Assembly: GCA_046052345.1 (NCBI GenBank)
Contig: JBJOMN010000010.1
Location: 67,841 to 131,840, forward strand
Length of the DNA: 64,000 nucleotides
From: Bacteroidota bacterium
GTDB lineage: Bacteria; Bacteroidota; Bacteroidia; AKYH767-A; 2013-40CM-41-45
Direction of reading: 5' to 3'
This document shows, piece by piece, positions 59,410 through 64,000 of this stretch. The translations under genes were made by a program, and so were the position numbers. Position 1 is the stretch's first letter. Every line of letters starts with the position of its first letter. Under the pieces are notes generated by a model. It had not been told where the DNA came from, ran no database searches, and was given only the letters and a program-made list of their open reading frames with translations.

Positions 59410-60822
59410 ATGAGCAAGATAAAATTCGGTACCGACGGCTGGAGAGCCATCATCGCAGAGGATTTCACCGTACAGAACGTGGCGCGCGTCGCGGAAGCTA
59501 CCGCCGATTGGATGCTGAAACGTTCGTCTTCGCCTTCCGCAGTGGTCGGACACGACTGCCGCTTCGCCGGCGAATTGTTCGCAGAGACTGTTGCGAAAGT
59601 TCTGGCCGCCAAAGGAGTGAAGGTAAAGCTGGCCAAAGGTTTCGTTTCGACGCCGATGATTTCTCTGGGTGCCGTCAATCACCAATGCGACCTGGGCGTC
59701 ATCCTGACGGCATCCCACAACCCTCCTTCGTACAATGGATTTAAACTGAAAGGACATTTCGGCGGTCCGCTTTCTCCTGCGGACGTACAACAGATCGAGG
59801 ACATCATTCCGGATACCTGCAGCATCGACGTAACCGGCATGACACTCACGGATCTCATCAATCAAGGCAAGGTGGAGTGGGTCCCCCTCGAAGACGAATA
59901 CATCGCACATGTCGAAAAGAACTTCGACCTGGAAGCCATCCGTCGTTCAGGACTAAGGCTCGTGTACGATGCGATGTACGGGGCAGGACAGAATGTCATG
60001 AAGCGGCTCTTCCCGGACATCCGTATGCTGCACTGCGACTACAACCCCGGCTTTAACGGTCAGGCACCCGAACCCATCCATAAGAACCTGAAGGAATTGA
60101 GCGCCTTGATGTCCGGCGGAGGATTCGACTGTGCCTTGGTCACTGACGGAGACGCGGACAGGATCGGCATGTACGACGGAAACGGATCCTTCGTCGATTC
60201 GCACCACATCATCCTGCTCCTTATTCATTACCTGTACAAATACAAAGGGCTGCGCGGAAAAGTCTGTACCGCTTTCAGCACGACGCCGAAGGTGGAGAAG
60301 CTGTGTCGTCACTATGGCCTTGAACTGGAGACGGTCAAGATCGGATTCAAGTACATCTGTGAGATCATGCTGAAGGAGGACGTCCTGCTGGGCGGAGAGG
60401 AAAGCGGCGGTATCGCCATCAAGGGACACATCCCTGAACGCGACGGCATCTGGATGGGACTGGTCATCTGGGAATTCATGGCCAAATCCGGAAAGAGCCT
60501 TCCGGCACTCGTTCAGGAAATCTATGAGATCGTAGGGGCTTTCGCGTACGAACGAAACGACCTGCATCTGACCGAATCAGTCAAGAACCGCATCGTCGAA
60601 CGCACCTCGAAGGGATACTACAAGGCGTTCGGTCCGTATGGGGTGAAAAAAGTAGAGGACTTGGACGGATTCAAATACTTTTTCGATGACAACCGGGACG
60701 AATGGTTGCTGATAAGGGCCTCCGGAACCGAGCCGGTTCTCCGGACCTATGCCGAGTCGAAGGATAAAGACGGTGCAGCCAGGATCCTGGAAGCGGCAAA
60801 GGCCACCCTGCTGGCCGACTGA
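59410..60822 (+). CDS. Phosphoglucomutase/phosphomannomutase family protein (alpha-D-phosphohexomutase)
   Basis: FGTDGWRA, the active-site TASHNP (phosphoserine loop), the metal-binding DGDADR and a sugar-binding GEESGG loop. The start is refined to MSKIKFGTDGWR at 59410. Confidence 0.85.
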   Translation: MSKIKFGTDGWRAIIAEDFTVQNVARVAEATADWMLKRSSSPSAVVGHDCRFAGELFAETVAKVLAAKGVKVKLAKGFVSTPMISLGAVNHQCDLGVILTASHNPPSYNGFKLKGHFGGPLSPADVQQIEDIIPDTCSIDVTGMTLTDLINQGKVEWVPLEDEYIAHVEKNFDLEAIRRSGLRLVYDAMYGAGQNVMKRLFPDIRMLHCDYNPGFNGQAPEPIHKNLKELSALMSGGGFDCALVTDGDADRIGMYDGNGSFVDSHHIILLLIHYLYKYKGLRGKVCTAFSTTPKVEKLCRHYGLELETVKIGFKYICEIMLKEDVLLGGEESGGIAIKGHIPERDGIWMGLVIWEFMAKSGKSLPALVQEIYEIVGAFAYERNDLHLTESVKNRIVERTSKGYYKAFGPYGVKKVEDLDGFKYFFDDNRDEWLLIRASGTEPVLRTYAESKDKDGAARILEAAKATLLAD

Positions 60823-61118
60823 AAGGCATTTATTACCCGTTTTTTTCTTTTTCCGACCCTTTTTAAGGTCAAAACCAAGCGCGGTTTTAGCAGATGAAAT
60901 GAGACGTACCGCTGCGGTAGCTGCAGAATATGTCCTTCTGCGCTTGAAAATCGACATTCCCCGGCGTTCCTCTTACAACTCCTTATGGCGTGTCCTACGG
61001 ATTTGTATCGGAAAATAAGGCTCATCCGCGATTTAATAATCCTTCTTCAGTAATCAAGCAGTGCTTTCTTACATCCGAAAGGGGAGCAATCGTGTTCACA
61101 CATCTTTCGCCCGAATAG

Positions 61119-61267
61119 GTCCGTTATTAGTACTGTATTCGGCTGGTTACCGGATACATGGTTTGGTTAGGTTTGGTTTGAATCAATCCCGTAAGATTGA
61201 TTGGTCCCTTCAACCCCGTAAGGTTGAAAAGAAAGTCCGGCTCGAAAGAGCCGGCTTTTTTATTTTC
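61119..61267 (+). ncRNA. Candidate structured sRNA, copy A (unclassified): conserved 55-nt 5' block, two CCGUAA-loop hairpins, intrinsic terminator
   Basis: The block 61119-61173 is identical to copy B at 53 of 55 positions. It includes a 9-bp stem tgtattcgg/ccggataca with loop ctggtta. Hairpins are aatcaatc-ccgtaa-gattgatt and ttcaacc-ccgtaa-ggttgaa. A conserved TTGGTCC follows. A terminator ccggctc-gaaa-gagccgg plus a U tract lies at 61237-61267. The region is non-coding and AT-rich. Confidence 0.35.
61237..61267 (+). terminator. Rho-independent terminator of sRNA copy A
   Basis: ccggctcgaaagagccgg followed by ctttttttatttt. Confidence 0.7.
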
Positions 61268-61607
61268 TACCTCCCGAAGACTTTTGAGGCATCAAGCACA
61301 GCTAAACCGCCGGCGCTCGCCAACCATCAAATTTCATCGCTCAATCCGAAGCTTCCGAAGAGTTGAGGGATTCTGATTGAAAGGTGCGACCGCCTTTAAA
61401 CGGGACGTATTGTCAATATGGAAGTGAATTTCAGCCGGAGTGAAATAGATTTCAAAAGCTCGGCGACAATCTTACACCGGAATTTCAGCGAAAGGATATC
61501 AAAGGAAGCCTTAAAACGAGTTATTACGGTGCCGGGCATCAAAAGGGAAATGTTTCCTTACACCATCAATGCAGGCCTCCTGTTTGCAGCATCAACTGCT
61601 CCGCAAT

Positions 61608-61734
61608 GTCCGTTATTAGTACTGTATCCGGCTGGTTACCGGTTACATGGTTTGGTTAGGTTGACTTAAACCGATTCTTAAATCGGTTGGTCCAAACGGA
61701 AGTCCGGTCATTAATGACCGGATTTTCGTTTTTA
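61608..61734 (+). ncRNA. Candidate structured sRNA, copy B (paralog of copy A)
   Basis: The conserved block 61608-61662 is followed by the hairpin aaccgatt-ctta-aatcggtt. That hairpin has a different sequence but the same stem length and position as in copy A. Then come TTGGTCC and AAGTCCGG, and a terminator tccggtca-ttaa-tgaccgga plus ttttcgttttt. Confidence 0.35.
61703..61734 (+). terminator. Rho-independent terminator of sRNA copy B
   Basis: An 8-bp stem tccggtca/tgaccgga with loop ttaa, then a T-rich tract. Confidence 0.65.
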
Positions 61735-61760
61735 ATACCCGGGGAGTTCCCGATGAGCGG

Positions 61761-62279
61761 TTAGCGCACTAACAGCGCGGGGATACGGACCGCAAATCTG
61801 TATAGGCCGAAAAGCAGTCCGGTGTAGAAAAGGTCGCCAAGCAGCTGATTGCGATAAAAAGGAAGTGCAGCCGTGTAACTCTGTAAAGCTCCCTGCAAAT
61901 CAAAGGAATACATGCCGGGATAAAAGAAGGGGAGATTGGTAACCAAGTAGAATACCGTCGAGCAAAAGACGGAGGAAGCGGCGATCTTCAGCGCGTTGGT
62001 TTCTGCGGAAAGTCTTCGGCCCACCGCAACAGTCAGCAGGAAGCAGGCATATACCGGAAACATCGTCGGATGCAGGCCGATGATAAGATCGGAGACCAAT
62101 AAGGCGCTGACCGGAACGAGATAGGAAAGATAACGGTTGCCCATGCGAGCGCCGGAAAACAGGGCCAGTGCGCCAATGGCCGTCATGTTGAACGGATGAC
62201 TGATCAATCGGGTATATGCGGCTAAAAGGACCAACAGGCCGGCGATGATTACGTTGCGGTTTCTCTCGTTTTGGAACAT
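61761..62279 (-). CDS. Small polytopic membrane protein (DUF6580-like), co-transcribed downstream of a TonB-dependent receptor
   Basis: Five or six hydrophobic helices (VIIAGLLVLLAAY..., IGALALFSGA..., LVSDLIIGL..., VYACFLLTVAV...). The start is refined to MFQNERNRN (cat at 62277-62279), 29 nt after the receptor stop. Confidence 0.45.
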   Translation of the reverse strand: MFQNERNRNVIIAGLLVLLAAYTRLISHPFNMTAIGALALFSGARMGNRYLSYLVPVSALLVSDLIIGLHPTMFPVYACFLLTVAVGRRLSAETNALKIAASSVFCSTVFYLVTNLPFFYPGMYSFDLQGALQSYTAALPFYRNQLLGDLFYTGLLFGLYRFAVRIPALLVR

Positions 62280-62307
62280 GGTTGCGAATTTAGTGATTTG
62301 AAAGTAA

Positions 62308-64000
62308 TCAGAAAGCGAAGGAGACACCAAGTTGTATGCCCCGGCCTCTTGTTCTGAACCCGTAAATCTCCTGATAGTCAGCATTCAGCAGGTTTTCTGC
62401 CCGAAGGTTCACACTGAGGCCGGAAGAAGGCCGCCAGACTGCCGAAAAATCAGCCAGGGTGTAGGAGGCTACCGATTTCCTGTTCAAGGCTCCATAGGGC
62501 CCTAAAGCGCTGTCATAATAGATGTCGGGTCTCTTTCCGGTGTAACGGACCTGGAATGAAAAGGTGAAATCCCGAAATGGGCGGTAATCCAAGGCGGCGA
62601 GAAATGTGGAGGGCCTTCGAAGAAGTCCGTAATAACGGTCCTTGCCTTCCAAAAAGATACCGGTGGCATAGGACTGGTAGTGGAAGCTGCTGTCGCGCTC
62701 CGGGTCGGACTGGTCAAGATATCCGTCAAGTACTGTTCCGTTCATCCGTAGTACGAATCGGTCGTTTAGTCTGGCCGACAAGCCCAACTCGAAACCGTAG
62801 ACGGTCTGGTCACCGACATTCACATAGCGGTCGCCACGGTAGTCATCACGGTTGAAATCGGCACCCAGCTGTACAACCGGAATCGCTCCGTCCCAAAGAT
62901 AAACGTAGTCGATCAGCCCCGCGGTGAAGGAACGGAAGACGGAGGCTTCCATCTGTATGTTGCCGTTGATTTGTGTTTTGTAACCCAGCTCAGCCGAAAG
63001 TGTTTTCTCCGGCGAAAGAGATTTGTTTCCGCGGGTCATTCCGGAAGCCGGCTGACCGTCCCAAGGCTGGTAGGTATCAGGAGCGAACAGCTGATACAGC
63101 GAGGGATTGGTGAAGCCGCTGGAAAAGGAAGCATATGCTGTGGACCTGTCGCTGATACGGAATGACGGTGAAAAATCGAACGATGATGCAATGCCGCAGA
63201 TGTCATGGTAATTCAATCTTGCTCCGAAAAGGATATTCCATCTGTGCATATCCTGATGAAATAAGGTCCCGTTGATGTCGCCGTGTACGAAAGCAGCAGT
63301 ATTCCGGGCAGTGGGAGACAAGGCGTCAAGATCGGTGGAATAGGAGAGGATGAAAGGATCGTATTGGGCTGAATAGAACTCGTTGCGCTGGTTCATGGCT
63401 TCGGATAGGAAGCTCAGGCCGCCCACGATGCTGGTGGCATGGTCGACGTAACGGAAAGTGAGATCGGAGGTGAGCTGGCTGCCGTTGTAGTCGTCACGGA
63501 ACCAGGTCCGGTCGTTGAGGCCGGTCGACAAGGATATGGATGAATCGTTCAGTGCGTTCCTGGAGGTGACCGACCATCCGGCAGTGGCATTCACTGTCCA
63601 GCTTGGCGACAACGTGAAAGTCATTTCGGCACCGGCCGATTTTCTGCGGAAGTCAAGCACGTAATTGTCATCGTCCCTATAGGCACCTGCATCAATGGAG
63701 GTGGTCGAGGAAAGGGTGCGGTAAAACATGTGAAGCGAAGTCTTCGCGGACAAGTAGCCGGTAGCCACCTCCAACGCTCCTTTTTCCCACGGATCGGCAT
63801 CGGGTCGGAATTCCGGCAGGATCAATCCGGTATCAAGCGTGGCATTGAAGCCGGTAGCGGTGAAATAATCACTGCCTGTCCTCAGATACCATCCACTCGG
63901 AGAAGAATAGGAGAGCGTACCGTAGCTTCCGGCATCCCGTCCGTTTTCGGCGAACAGCCCGGCACGTGCACCGAAACGCCCGTGATAGCCGCTCTTCAGG
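62308..64000 (-). CDS. TonB-dependent receptor. It is partial: the N-terminus lies beyond the window end.
   Basis: A C-terminal 22-strand barrel region with the terminal motif ...GIQLGVSFAF. The reading frame stays open to position 64000. Confidence 0.75.
   Translation of the reverse strand, partial: LKSGYHGRFGARAGLFAENGRDAGSYGTLSYSSPSGWYLRTGSDYFTATGFNATLDTGLILPEFRPDADPWEKGALEVATGYLSAKTSLHMFYRTLSSTTSIDAGAYRDDDNYVLDFRRKSAGAEMTFTLSPSWTVNATAGWSVTSRNALNDSSISLSTGLNDRTWFRDDYNGSQLTSDLTFRYVDHATSIVGGLSFLSEAMNQRNEFYSAQYDPFILSYSTDLDALSPTARNTAAFVHGDINGTLFHQDMHRWNILFGARLNYHDICGIASSFDFSPSFRISDRSTAYASFSSGFTNPSLYQLFAPDTYQPWDGQPASGMTRGNKSLSPEKTLSAELGYKTQINGNIQMEASVFRSFTAGLIDYVYLWDGAIPVVQLGADFNRDDYRGDRYVNVGDQTVYGFELGLSARLNDRFVLRMNGTVLDGYLDQSDPERDSSFHYQSYATGIFLEGKDRYYGLLRRPSTFLAALDYRPFRDFTFSFQVRYTGKRPDIYYDSALGPYGALNRKSVASYTLADFSAVWRPSSGLSVNLRAENLLNADYQEIYGFRTRGRGIQLGVSFAF

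Noticed and set aside
61160-61200. tRNA-like T-arm resemblance (GGTTTGAATCAATCC).
   Set aside because: There is no acceptor stem, D-arm or anticodon arm in the right geometry on either strand. Copy B lacks the motif. The 7-nt loop CTGGTTA has U at the purine-37 position.
61061-61669. Track ORFs 61061..61366 (101 aa) and 61418..61669 (83 aa) overlapping the two conserved elements, as possible small-protein genes.
   Set aside because: The region is AT-rich and atypical for coding in this genome. The only two substitutions in the shared 55-nt block are both nonsynonymous in that frame. Each ORF reads through hairpins and into terminators. There is no conserved start context.
61608-61734. Possible SRP (4.5S) RNA, because of GGTCC...GGAAG strings and the nearby ftsY.
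   Set aside because: It lacks the conserved domain IV GGAA tetraloop with the AGCAG context. A duplicated SRP RNA is implausible, and ftsY is 40 kb away.
1-64000. CRISPR arrays, integrases, transposases, toxin-antitoxin or restriction-modification genes.
   Set aside because: None were found. There are no regularly spaced direct repeats and no ORF with recombinase, transposase, nuclease-methylase or TA motifs. The window looks like a core chromosome region.

Overview
This is a high-GC (roughly 58-60% by eye) chromosomal segment from a member of phylum Bacteroidota. The phylum call rests on a SusC/SusD pair, two proteins with T9SS C-terminal sorting domains, the rpmG-DUF4295-ftsY-rimO cluster, LolA/LolD and a Bacteroidetes-type TAnnTTTG -7 promoter box. 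I can support about 52 protein-coding genes, nearly all core metabolism or cell-envelope functions. They include a partial DnaQ-like exonuclease, a 2-oxoacid dehydrogenase E2, recR, suhB, lgt, mtaB, pyrD, a DHOase-like gene, sucC, agmatinase, accC, hbd, pcm, smpB, a MntH-Usp fusion, a complete porin-pstSCAB-phoU phosphate operon, mltG, a phosphohexomutase and two TonB-dependent receptors. I found no rRNA, tRNA, CRISPR array, integrase/transposase or obvious defence island. Many long antisense ORFs in the track are high-GC artefacts. The most unusual feature is a ~940-nt AT-richer gap between convergent genes (60823..61760). It holds two paralogous ~130-150 nt elements. Each has an almost identical 55-nt 5' block, a structure-conserving but sequence-divergent hairpin, and its own rho-independent terminator. 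I read this as a tandem pair of unclassified structured sRNA genes. Other points worth a second look are a DHOase-like protein with an H-x-N motif in place of the H-x-H metal site, a GT2 fused to a truncated PglC-like sugar-transferase domain, a strongly AT-rich in-frame insertion inside an SBP gene, tandem RlpA-like paralogs, and an orphan receiver plus atypical OmpR-type regulator pair near the pst operon. All coordinates are 1-based. Where I refined a start codon it is an inference from alignment to known family N-termini.
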